Position numbers and translations under genes: made by a program. Below, piece by piece: positions 1 to 7,712 of a DNA stretch of 64,000 nt. The stretch is from Acidimicrobiia bacterium (GTDB lineage: Bacteria; Acidobacteriota; Terriglobia; Bryobacterales; Bryobacteraceae). The stretch covers positions 35,699 to 99,698 of the forward strand of contig VFZE01000018.1 in assembly GCA_016871315.1 (NCBI GenBank), in the 5' to 3' direction. The notes below the pieces were generated by a model that worked only from the letters and a program-made list of their open reading frames with translations, ran no database searches and was not told where the DNA came from. The stretch's first letter is position 1; every line of letters begins with the position of its first letter.

Positions 1-1
1 C

Positions 2-358
2 AACGATCCGCAGCTTAGGCTGACCTTCTTAAAACAGCAGCTGCGCATGATCTCGAACGCGATTCTCGACATCCGCCTGCACACGATGAACATGACCGAT
101 GAGCAGGCGATGGATCTGATGATCAACCAGACGTTCCAGGAAAAGGAAGAGGCGACCGGTAAACTCCGGCGGGCGAAGTTGAGTTCGACTCAGCTTTGCA
201 CCTACTTCACCGGTTGGCTGGAATGGCGCCGGCTGCGGGAATCGGTTCAGAAGACGCGCGGCGGCTCATTCAACCTGGCCGGGTTTCATCGGGAGGCGCT
301 GGAGGCGGGCGCGGTGCCGATGCCGCAGCTTCAGCGTCTGCTCAGCGCGGCGAAGTAA
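2..358 (+). CDS. DUF885 family protein, C-terminal fragment (gene begins upstream of the window)
   Basis: Frame is open from the window edge. The tail ...STQLCTYFTGWLEWRRLRE...FNLAGFHREALEAGAVPMPQLQRLL resembles the conserved DUF885 C-terminus. Confidence 0.6.
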   Translation, partial: NDPQLRLTFLKQQLRMISNAILDIRLHTMNMTDEQAMDLMINQTFQEKEEATGKLRRAKLSSTQLCTYFTGWLEWRRLRESVQKTRGGSFNLAGFHREALEAGAVPMPQLQRLLSAAK

Positions 359-1052
359 CAGCAAGCCGGGCGAGCGTCCAGAGAATCTTGAAGCCGGCGG
401 CAAGGCTGGCTTTCCAGTTTCCGCTCACCTTGTTGACCCCGGCTTTCCGAAGCCCGTAACTGACCGGGATCTCCATCACACGAAGTCCCTTCTGGAGAGC
501 CTTTACCTGCATCTCGACGGTCCAGCCGTAGTTGCGGTCCCTCATGGCGAGCCGCTTGAGGGCGTCGAGGCGGATGGCGCGGAACGGGCCGAGATCGGAG
601 TAGCGGTGCCCGTAGATCCAGCGGATTAGTGTAGTGGCGATCAGGTTTCCGAAGTGCTGGTGAGGAAGCACGGCGCCCTTTTCCGCTTCTCCCAACACGC
701 GGGAACCTAACACCATGTCGGCCCGTCCGTCTATTATGGGGGCGGCCAGCGCGGCCGCCTCCGCCGGATCTTCGCTCAGATCCGCTTGCATGAAGATCAC
801 AATATCCACACCCTCAGGCAGCGCATCGATGGCCTTGAGACAGGCGGCTCCGTACCCTTTTTCCGGCTCGCGGACGACGGTGGCGCCTGCCCTCCGGGCC
901 GTCTCCGCGGTATCGTCGGTGGAGCCGTTGTCGGCGACGATGACGGCAGCGAACAAGTGCTTGGGGACAGCGGCCAGCGTCCGCGCGATGACGGGCGCCT
1001 CATTGAGAGCGGGGATAATGAGAGCGAGGCTTGATCTAGCCTGTTTTCGCAT
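342..1052 (-). CDS. family 2 glycosyltransferase (dolichyl-phosphate sugar synthase-like)
   Basis: LALIIPALNEAPVI...VADNGSTDDT...GYGAAC...FMQADLSEDP is the GT2 DxD-type fold pattern. Start set at the internal ATG (M15, MRKQARSS) to avoid a divergent overlap with lepB. The longest ORF runs to 1094. Confidence 0.8.
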   Translation of the reverse strand: MRKQARSSLALIIPALNEAPVIARTLAAVPKHLFAAVIVADNGSTDDTAETARRAGATVVREPEKGYGAACLKAIDALPEGVDIVIFMQADLSEDPAEAAALAAPIIDGRADMVLGSRVLGEAEKGAVLPHQHFGNLIATTLIRWIYGHRYSDLGPFRAIRLDALKRLAMRDRNYGWTVEMQVKALQKGLRVMEIPVSYGLRKAGVNKVSGNWKASLAAGFKILWTLARLAVTSPR

Positions 1053-1066
1053 GCTATCTATCGGAG

Positions 1067-1627
1067 TTGACACCTGTGCCTGAAGACCGCACATCGTCCA
1101 CGAAAACTCTCCTGATCGGCACCTTGGCCTGGATGCGCGACTTGCTCCTATCGGTGGTGCTGGCGATTCTCATCATTCTGTTCATCTATCAGCCGGTGAA
1201 GGTGGAGGGCACCTCGATGATGCCCGCTCTGCAAGACCAGGAGCGCATCTTCATTAACAAGTTTATCTACCGCTTCGGGATGGGTGAGATCAACCGCGGC
1301 GACACGGTGGTCTTCTGGTATCCGGGCGATCCCAGCAAATCCTATATCAAGCGCGCCATCGGGCTGCCCGGCGACACGGTGGAGATCCTCGACGGGGGGG
1401 TGATCCTCAACGGTCATGCGTTGAAGGAGGACTACGTTGTCTCCAACTTTCGCGACGGCCAAACCAGGGAGCCCGTGACCGTGCCGCCTGATCATTTCTA
1501 CGTGCTGGGCGATCACCGCTCCAGTTCCAACGACAGCCGGTCGTGGGGCCCGGTCCACAGGCGGCACATCTATGGCAAGGCGGTGTTCGTGTACTGGCCG
1601 CCGGAGAAGATGGGGCTGCTCAGGTAG
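1067..1627 (+). CDS. lepB: signal peptidase I
   Basis: N-terminal TM helix, catalytic Ser box GTSMMPAL, GDTVVF, KRAIGLPGDTV and GDHRSSSNDSR boxes. The 1067 start is TTG. An alternative ATG lies at 1133. Confidence 0.9.
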   Translation: MTPVPEDRTSSTKTLLIGTLAWMRDLLLSVVLAILIILFIYQPVKVEGTSMMPALQDQERIFINKFIYRFGMGEINRGDTVVFWYPGDPSKSYIKRAIGLPGDTVEILDGGVILNGHALKEDYVVSNFRDGQTREPVTVPPDHFYVLGDHRSSSNDSRSWGPVHRRHIYGKAVFVYWPPEKMGLLR

Positions 1628-1636
1628 CCTGGCGCT

Positions 1637-2104
1637 ATGGACGCCGCACCTCTGCTCACTCTCCTTGCGAGAACGCTTCAAGAGCACTCGCTGGAGGCGG
1701 TTCTGATTGGCAACGCCGCGGCGGCGCTGCATGGGGCGCCGGTCACGACGGTCGATTTCGATTTCTTTTTCCGCAAGACCCCTGCGAACATCCGCAAGTT
1801 GAAATGTGTCGCCGCCAGCCTGAACGCGATGATTCTTAGGCCATACTACCCGGCATCGGACCTGTTCCGGCTTGTTCGCGATGAGGATTCTCTGCAAGTG
1901 GATTTCATGGGGACGATTCACGGCGTCAAATCGATGGCGGCTCTGCGTAGCCGGTCTATTAAAATGGAGATAGGTGGAGTTTCGCTGCAGGTTGCATCGT
2001 TGGCGGATATCATCCGAAGCAAGCGAGCCGCCAACCGGCCTCGCGATAAGGCCGTGATCGAGATTCTGGAGAAAACGGCGGATGAAAAAAAAGGCAGCGG
2101 CTAG
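1637..2104 (+). CDS. nucleotidyltransferase-fold protein (Pol-beta superfamily, toxin-like, 155 aa)
   Basis: Motif [22 protein letters not shown] matches the G[GS]xAxxxHG...T.D.D pattern. C-terminal [18 protein letters not shown]. Starts 10 nt after lepB. Confidence 0.55.
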   Translation: MDAAPLLTLLARTLQEHSLEAVLIGNAAAALHGAPVTTVDFDFFFRKTPANIRKLKCVAASLNAMILRPYYPASDLFRLVRDEDSLQVDFMGTIHGVKSMAALRSRSIKMEIGGVSLQVASLADIIRSKRAANRPRDKAVIEILEKTADEKKGSG

Positions 2105-2243
2105 GAAGAAGAAGCTCGCGGCGCTGAAGCGCGAGTCCGACCGCGCGCTGCGCGAGCAGATCCGCCGGCTGCTGGCGCTGCCGATGAATCAGCGGACGCA
2201 CTTTTTGCGGAAGAAGATCAGTTTCGCGGCTACCAGCCTTTGA
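2082..2243 (+). CDS. small basic hypothetical protein (53 aa, below the ORF-track cutoff)
   Basis: Hand translation gives [53 protein letters not shown]. Its ATG overlaps the last 23 nt of the upstream NTase-fold gene, and its stop lies 7 nt before the next ORF. Confidence 0.25.
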   Translation: MKKKAAARKKKLAALKRESDRALREQIRRLLALPMNQRTHFLRKKISFAATSL

Positions 2244-2249
2244 CAAGCG

Positions 2250-2528
2250 ATGCCCACACGTTACCACTGGATGGCGGACACCAGCCCGGAGGCATTTGCC
2301 AGGCTTGTGGAACTGCAACGAAACCTGACGCCGGGCGAGAAGTTAGCCATGACGCTCGAGGGGGCGGCCGCGCTTTTGCGCGCAGACCGGGACCAGGTGA
2401 GAAGGCGGTTTCCCAACGCCGATGAGCAGGAGATCTTCCTCCGTGCCGCGGCGCTTCATCTTGATCGCGAGACGATGATCAAGGCCTATGGCTGGGACCC
2501 GGAGGCGCATGACCCACGTCCCCGTTGA
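2250..2528 (+). CDS. hypothetical helical protein (92 aa), putative partner of the downstream NTase-fold gene
   Basis: ORF with ATG start that overlaps the start of the next gene, suggesting coupling. I recognise no motif. Confidence 0.45.
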   Translation: MPTRYHWMADTSPEAFARLVELQRNLTPGEKLAMTLEGAAALLRADRDQVRRRFPNADEQEIFLRAAALHLDRETMIKAYGWDPEAHDPRPR

Positions 2529-3099
2529 CGGATTCTCCCGGCTGTTGGAAGCGCTCGACAAGCTCGAGATTCCTTATGCGGTCGGCGGCTCAACAGCCAG
2601 CTCCGTGCATGGCATCGTGCGCTTCACGCGCGATGTCGATATCGTCGTCAAGATCCGCAAGCAGGATGTCGGAGACCTGGCAGGACTGCTGAGGGGCGAG
2701 TTTTATATTGACCCGATCCATGCAGGCGAGGCCATCGAACGGAACCGCTCATTCAACATCATTCACTTGGCGAGCAGCTATAAGTTTGATCTTTTTCCCC
2801 TGACAGCGGACCGGTTCGAACAGGCTCAATTTGGCAGGCGGAAACACGAAACCGTCACTATTTTCGGCGGCGAGGCCCTGGAATTCGCCGTCATCAGCGC
2901 CGAAGACGTAATCCTGAGCAAGCTGCGCTGGTATGCCATGGGTGGGCGCGTAAGCGAACAGCAGTGGAACGACGTACTTGGAGTCATCGCCTTGAACCGG
3001 ATGGAACTGGACCTTCCCTACCTGCGGCACTGGGCGCAGTACCTCGGCGTAAGCCAGGATCTGGAAACCGCTCTGGAGGAGCGGCACCAGCCGCGCTAG
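2509..3099 (+). CDS. nucleotidyltransferase-fold protein (Pol-beta superfamily, toxin-like, about 196 aa)
   Basis: Motif PYAVGGSTASSVHGIVRFTRDVDIVV, then ISAEDVILSKLRWY. Start could be ATG 2488 or ATG 2509. Confidence 0.6.
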   Translation: MTHVPVDGFSRLLEALDKLEIPYAVGGSTASSVHGIVRFTRDVDIVVKIRKQDVGDLAGLLRGEFYIDPIHAGEAIERNRSFNIIHLASSYKFDLFPLTADRFEQAQFGRRKHETVTIFGGEALEFAVISAEDVILSKLRWYAMGGRVSEQQWNDVLGVIALNRMELDLPYLRHWAQYLGVSQDLETALEERHQPR

Positions 3100-4335
3100 C
3101 TACACCGAATAAGCGCGTCCGCGGTGCTGGCCGACCAGAATCTGGAAGATGCGGTGCGAGATCAACTCGTGAAGCGTAAGTAGTTCGCGGTTCGCCTCCA
3201 CAATGCCTTCCACATCCTTCGGGTTTCCGCCGCCGCCGGCGCGCAGGGCTTCGCTGGCTTCCTTGATCACCGGATCGGCGGACACCTCGCCGGCCATCTC
3301 CCAGAGCGTGATGAAGCGATCGACGGCGGTGGGGAAGCTGACCGCGAAGACGCCGTAATTGGAAGTTGTGCGCGGCGGCTTGTAGTCGAGATTGAACGGG
3401 CCGTTGTAGTTGTGCGTGCGTAGCAGTACCAGCACGTTGAGCCAGTCGAGCGGGTTGACCAGACCGACGGCGATGTCCACGTCGTGCTTCAGGCGGTAGC
3501 CGTCGTTGATGTCGAAGTGGAAGAGCTTGCCGCAGAGCAGCGCGCGAGCCAACGCGGCGCGCACCGCGGAGCCCCACATCAGCTCATGCAGATACTCCGG
3601 ATTGAGGCCGACCATGTCGGGATGCTTCAGCAGCCCGCTGAAAATGAAGGCGAGCATGGCGTCGGAGGTGGGCAGCAGGATCTCGGCCTGCGGCTCAAAC
3701 GGCTTGGCTTCCAGGCAGTGCTTCAAGGTGGGGCGGCCGCGCTTTTTCGCTTCGGCGATGTCGGCCTCGCAAGCGGCGTTCAACCCGTCGGCGTACCAGC
3801 GGAGCGTCTCGGTCTCCTCGACGGCGCCTTGCACGAAATAGCCGAGCGAGCCAGGCCAGTAAACAGCATAAGAGGCTCCCAACTCATGGCCGATTCTGAC
3901 GGTGTTGGCGAGGCGCCATTTGGCGTACTCGCGAACCTCGGGGGCTTCGGCCGCCGGCGAACCGGCCCACACGGCGTGATGGAAGGTCTCGGTGGTGACC
4001 ATCGAGCACTGGAGACCGTTCTCCTTGAGCGCCTTGGCGATGCCGGCGACGATCTCATCCTGGCGCGCGTTTCCCAACCCATCGGTGGGAATGACGTCGG
4101 TGTCGTGCGTGGTCCAGTGGCCAATGCCGATCTTTGCGTATTCGCGGATCACCTCTTCATAGCCGACGGGGCGGCGCGTAGGCGCATGGAATAGCGCGTG
4201 ACCTTCATAAGCAGCGGCCCACTGCGGTCCGGTGAGGAAGTACTTGCGGCGCTGGGCGGGCGTGTAAGCGCCTCCACAGGCCCCCTTCAGCCTGTCCACC
4301 AACGCCGTTTGATCTTTCGCCAAGACTGGTTTCAT
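3100..4335 (-). CDS. xylose isomerase family (class I-like) sugar isomerase, TIM barrel
   Basis: Collinear with actinobacterial class I XI. THDTD matches FHDDD, LEAKPFEP matches IEPKPNEP, NPEYLHELM matches NPEVGHEQM, LFHFDIN matches LFHIDLN, KHDVDI matches KYDQDL, and NLDYKPPRT matches HFDFKPPRT. All metal ligands appear retained. Confidence 0.8.
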   Translation of the reverse strand: MKPVLAKDQTALVDRLKGACGGAYTPAQRRKYFLTGPQWAAAYEGHALFHAPTRRPVGYEEVIREYAKIGIGHWTTHDTDVIPTDGLGNARQDEIVAGIAKALKENGLQCSMVTTETFHHAVWAGSPAAEAPEVREYAKWRLANTVRIGHELGASYAVYWPGSLGYFVQGAVEETETLRWYADGLNAACEADIAEAKKRGRPTLKHCLEAKPFEPQAEILLPTSDAMLAFIFSGLLKHPDMVGLNPEYLHELMWGSAVRAALARALLCGKLFHFDINDGYRLKHDVDIAVGLVNPLDWLNVLVLLRTHNYNGPFNLDYKPPRTTSNYGVFAVSFPTAVDRFITLWEMAGEVSADPVIKEASEALRAGGGGNPKDVEGIVEANRELLTLHELISHRIFQILVGQHRGRAYSV

Positions 4336-4359
4336 AAGAAACCTATCTTAGCGCGATGC

Positions 4360-4524
4360 TCAGAAGTCGTAGCGAACTTGTACGAAGTTGTGGCACGGGG
4401 CGCCTGGAATCTTCAGATCGAAGCGAATGGTGGTGCAGGCGGGTGGAGCGGGGAAACTGCCCGGACCGCTGCCGAGGTCGAGCAGGCGGGCGCCGTCGTG
4501 GAGACCGGCGAGAATTTCATGCAT
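4360..4524 (-). pseudogene. 54-aa ORF encoding only the N-terminal motif I region of a class I SAM-dependent methyltransferase (probable gene relic)
   Basis: Hand translation gives MHEILAGLHDGARLLDLGSGPGSFPAPPACTTIRFDLKIPGAPCHNFVQVRYDF. LLDLGSGPG is SAM-binding motif I and the rest of the fold is missing. It lies 6 nt downstream of the M20 gene. Confidence 0.3.
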
Positions 4525-4529
4525 CGGGC

Positions 4530-5918
4530 TTACTGCGCGCGTGCGATGGCGGCGACGATGTCGTAGTGATAACGGACGAAGCGCTGGAACTCGGCTTCGA
4601 GGATGCGCTCTTGATCGGAATGTGCGCCGAAGCCCTTCGGCCCGTCCTCGGCGTCGGTGGCGGGACCGATGCCGTAGGACTGAATGCCCTTGGCGCGCAG
4701 ATAGGCCATGTCGGTGGCCCCAGTCTGCATCGTGGGCAGCGTGATAACGCCGTAGTGCTTGCGGACCATCTGCTCAATGGTGAGGAATGCTTCGTTCTTG
4801 ATGGCGGAAGGCGCGGCGGCCGGGCGCGTGTCGCGCTGCGTGCGTACGATTTCGACAGCGGGATCGTTGATCACCTTTTTCATCTCGGCGAGCAGCTCGT
4901 CCATGTTTTCGGTGGGGAAGGCGCGGATATCGAGGGTTGCTTCCGCTTCCGATGGAATGACGTTGACGCGGTAACCGGCGCGGATGATGTTGGGCGAGAT
5001 GGAGGTGCGGAGCATGGAATGATGCCGCGGCTCATGCTCGGCGAAGTATTCCTGAATCGCGGGCGCTTTTGCGGGATCGACAATGCTGTTGTAGCGCGCG
5101 GCATCTTCCGGAGAGCTGAGCGTGGCCAGCCGTTCAAAATAGGCGCGCGTGGTGTCGTTCAACCGCATCGGAGTCTGCCAGGCGGCAACCTTGGCGACAG
5201 CTTGGGAGAGATGCACGACGGCGTTGGTGCGCAGAGGTACGGAACCGTGTCCGGCCGGACCGCGCGCCACCAGGCGCACCGCATACGGGATCTTTTCGGT
5301 AGTGCCGACGGAGGCGTGGCTGACCTTGCCTCCTCGGCGGGTGACCCCGCCGCCTTCGGCAAGACAGTATTCGGCGTCGATCTCAGAGAAATAATTCTCG
5401 ACCATGAACTTGATCCCGACGCGCACCGTGCCCTCTTCGCCGGCTTCGGCGAGGAAGATGACATCGCGGTCGAGCGGCACGTTGAGCCGCTTCAGCAACA
5501 GCATGATCATCAGGCACGCGGTGAGATTGTCCTTGTCGTCTACGGTGCCGCGCGCATACACGTAGCCGCCGTCGCGCGTGGCGGAGAAGGGAGGGAAGCG
5601 CCACTTGGCGGGATCGACGTTGACGACGTCGGTATGGCCCATGATAAGCAGAGGCCGCTTCTTACCGGAGCCCTTGAGCCGCGCGACCAGGTTGGGGCGG
5701 TGCTTTTCGAGGGCGAAGATCTTGACGGGAATGCCTTCGCGCTCCAGCACCTGCTTGAGGTAGTCGACGGCGGGTGCCTCATTGCCCGGCGGATCGGAGG
5801 TGTCAAAGCGCAGCAGCGCCTGGAAGTGGCGCAGAGCCTCCTCTTCTACAGCGGGCCAGTCGGGCTGCTGGGCGAAGGCAAGACAGGCAAGCAGGGCAAA
5901 CAATGCGAGACGCGTCAT
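4530..5918 (-). CDS. M20/M25/M40 family metallopeptidase, secreted
   Basis: Signal peptide MTRLALFALLACLAFAQQ. Motifs LIMGHTDVV, RGTVDDKDNL and LAEAGEEG are M20 metal-binding motifs. Confidence 0.85.
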   Translation of the reverse strand: MTRLALFALLACLAFAQQPDWPAVEEEALRHFQALLRFDTSDPPGNEAPAVDYLKQVLEREGIPVKIFALEKHRPNLVARLKGSGKKRPLLIMGHTDVVNVDPAKWRFPPFSATRDGGYVYARGTVDDKDNLTACLMIMLLLKRLNVPLDRDVIFLAEAGEEGTVRVGIKFMVENYFSEIDAEYCLAEGGGVTRRGGKVSHASVGTTEKIPYAVRLVARGPAGHGSVPLRTNAVVHLSQAVAKVAAWQTPMRLNDTTRAYFERLATLSSPEDAARYNSIVDPAKAPAIQEYFAEHEPRHHSMLRTSISPNIIRAGYRVNVIPSEAEATLDIRAFPTENMDELLAEMKKVINDPAVEIVRTQRDTRPAAAPSAIKNEAFLTIEQMVRKHYGVITLPTMQTGATDMAYLRAKGIQSYGIGPATDAEDGPKGFGAHSDQERILEAEFQRFVRYHYDIVAAIARAQ

Positions 5919-5948
5919 AGGGCGTAGCGTAGCACGTGCCGGGAGAGA

Positions 5949-6755
5949 TTAGCGGGCGCGGCGGGCGAAGAGCATGCCGCTGAAGATTTCATCGATCGAG
6001 CAGATTTTGTAATCGACCAGGCCGCGCTCCATGGCGTAGGCGCGGAGGATGTTCTGGTTGAGGTCGGAGGCGACGCCCGAGGATTGCTTGGGCCAGGCGA
6101 TCCAAAGGCCGCCGCCTTCGGCCAGCGAGCGTTCGGCGGCGTGGAAGCGGGCCTCGAGGTCGCGCATGGACCTGGCAAACAGGAAGACACGGTGCGCCTT
6201 CACTTTGGGCCCATGGAGGATTTCGGCCCCGGGTGGGAGAGGGTTCAGTCTCCGCTCGAAAGTCTCAGGCGCGCCGAGCAGGACCACTTTCGATTCGGCT
6301 GCGATGCCGAGCTTCTTGATCAACGGCGTGTCTTTATAGGAGATGGTCATCTCCGGGACGACGGGAGCGGGGAGCGGGTTCTTGAGGGCCCTTTTCAGAG
6401 CCGCGCCCGCTTTCGGCCAGGTAGTGTAGACGGCGTCGGGCAGCATCTGGCGGACCTTTTCGACTTTCTCCGGGTCGCCTTCGACAAACACGATGGGGAC
6501 GTTGCGTAAGGCCTTTCTCTGGCGCATCGCGGCTCCGACAGTACGGCCGTGCGAAGGAAGACGGGTGAGATCGATGACAACGGCGTCAGGCGGATTCGCC
6601 GAGAGCGAGCGGAGGCTTTCCGGAGTTCCGCTGTCGAACAGACGCGGGGAGAAGCCTGCCTTGCGGAGGCGCTCCAGGCGCGGAGCCGCTTCCTCCTTTT
6701 TCCAATGGACAAGCAGGACGGAGGGCACCATGAAAAGTGTAGCGCAAGGTGACAT
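5949..6755 (-). CDS. receiver-like (pseudo-receiver) domain fused to a DUF3052-like domain
   Basis: The N-terminus is CheY-like (VLLVHW...AVVIDLTRLPSHG...IVFVEG) but lacks the N-terminal acidic pair. The C-terminal half (VVLLGAPE...GGLWIAWPKQSSG...) resembles DUF3052. An alternative ATG lies at 6731. Confidence 0.6.
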   Translation of the reverse strand: MSPCATLFMVPSVLLVHWKKEEAAPRLERLRKAGFSPRLFDSGTPESLRSLSANPPDAVVIDLTRLPSHGRTVGAAMRQRKALRNVPIVFVEGDPEKVEKVRQMLPDAVYTTWPKAGAALKRALKNPLPAPVVPEMTISYKDTPLIKKLGIAAESKVVLLGAPETFERRLNPLPPGAEILHGPKVKAHRVFLFARSMRDLEARFHAAERSLAEGGGLWIAWPKQSSGVASDLNQNILRAYAMERGLVDYKICSIDEIFSGMLFARRAR

Positions 6756-6764
6756 ACTCTACGC

Positions 6765-7703
6765 ATGGCGGAACTGAACCGGCGGGGATTCCTGGGGGCG
6801 TTGGCGGGAGCGGCGGGCGGAGCGCAGAGTCCGCGAGGGTTGAAGCTGTTCCTGAATTGCGACATGGACGGTTCGCCGGGCATTTTTACACGAGAGCAGG
6901 CCTGGTACTGGGAAAACGGGGCGAGGCCGGAAGTTGGCCGTGAGGCGTGCGAGTTGTTCACGGCGGATATCAACGCCGCAAGCGAAGCGGCGCTCGAGGC
7001 CGGGGCGACGGAATTGATCGTGTGCGACACGCATCACGGCGGTGGCAACTTCATTCAGGAGAAACTGCTGCGGGATCCACGGATCTCCTATTTGTACCGC
7101 AGCGTGGGCATAGAGGACGGCAAGCGGCGCTGGATGCCGGGATTGAATGAGACAATGGCGGGGCTGTTGCTGCCGGGGCATCACGCCAAGACCGGCACGC
7201 CGGGCGCTTTTCTGCCGCACACGTGGAATTTTGAGTGGCTGGACTTCACGATCAACGGGGAGAGCGTGGGCGAGATTGGAATTGAAGCATGTTTCGCGGG
7301 GCACTGGGGGATTCCGCTGATCCATGTGCAAGGGGACGAGGCAGCGTGCGCGGAGGCGCGCCGCCAGTTCCCGTGGGTGGTGGCGACGGCGGTGAAGCGC
7401 GGCACGACGGATGCATGCACCGGGCTGACGCCGGAGGCGGCCAAGCGGGAGACCGCGCAAGGGATCAAGCAGGCGATCGAGCTGCTGCGGGCAGGGAAGA
7501 TGCGGCCTTACAAACCCGCGCTGCCAATGACGGTGACGCTGCGGATGCGGACGATGGACGCGGCGGCGCGGGCGGCGCAGCGGCCGGGCGTGTTGAGGCT
7601 GGACGATCACACACTGGAGGCGCGCGTCGGGAGCCAGAGCGAAGTGGTGAAGTGGCTGCTGGGTACGGGGTTGGATATGGCGCCGGCTCCGGAGCGCAAG
7701 TAA
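6765..7703 (+). CDS. M55 family D-aminopeptidase (DppA-like) with a Tat-type signal
   Basis: Twin-arginine N-terminus NRRGFLGALAGAAGG. CDMDGSPG matches DMEGISG, and VCDTHHGGGN is present. Confidence 0.75.
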   Translation: MAELNRRGFLGALAGAAGGAQSPRGLKLFLNCDMDGSPGIFTREQAWYWENGARPEVGREACELFTADINAASEAALEAGATELIVCDTHHGGGNFIQEKLLRDPRISYLYRSVGIEDGKRRWMPGLNETMAGLLLPGHHAKTGTPGAFLPHTWNFEWLDFTINGESVGEIGIEACFAGHWGIPLIHVQGDEAACAEARRQFPWVVATAVKRGTTDACTGLTPEAAKRETAQGIKQAIELLRAGKMRPYKPALPMTVTLRMRTMDAAARAAQRPGVLRLDDHTLEARVGSQSEVVKWLLGTGLDMAPAPERK

Positions 7704-7712
7704 TCCAGAAGT

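Noticed and set aside
4356-5927. 523-aa ORF on the plus strand, plus several nested ORFs
   Set aside because: It lies exactly antisense to the well-supported M20 peptidase gene. Its product is low-complexity and rich in Arg, Gly and Ala, typical of shadow ORFs in high-GC DNA. No motif was recognised.
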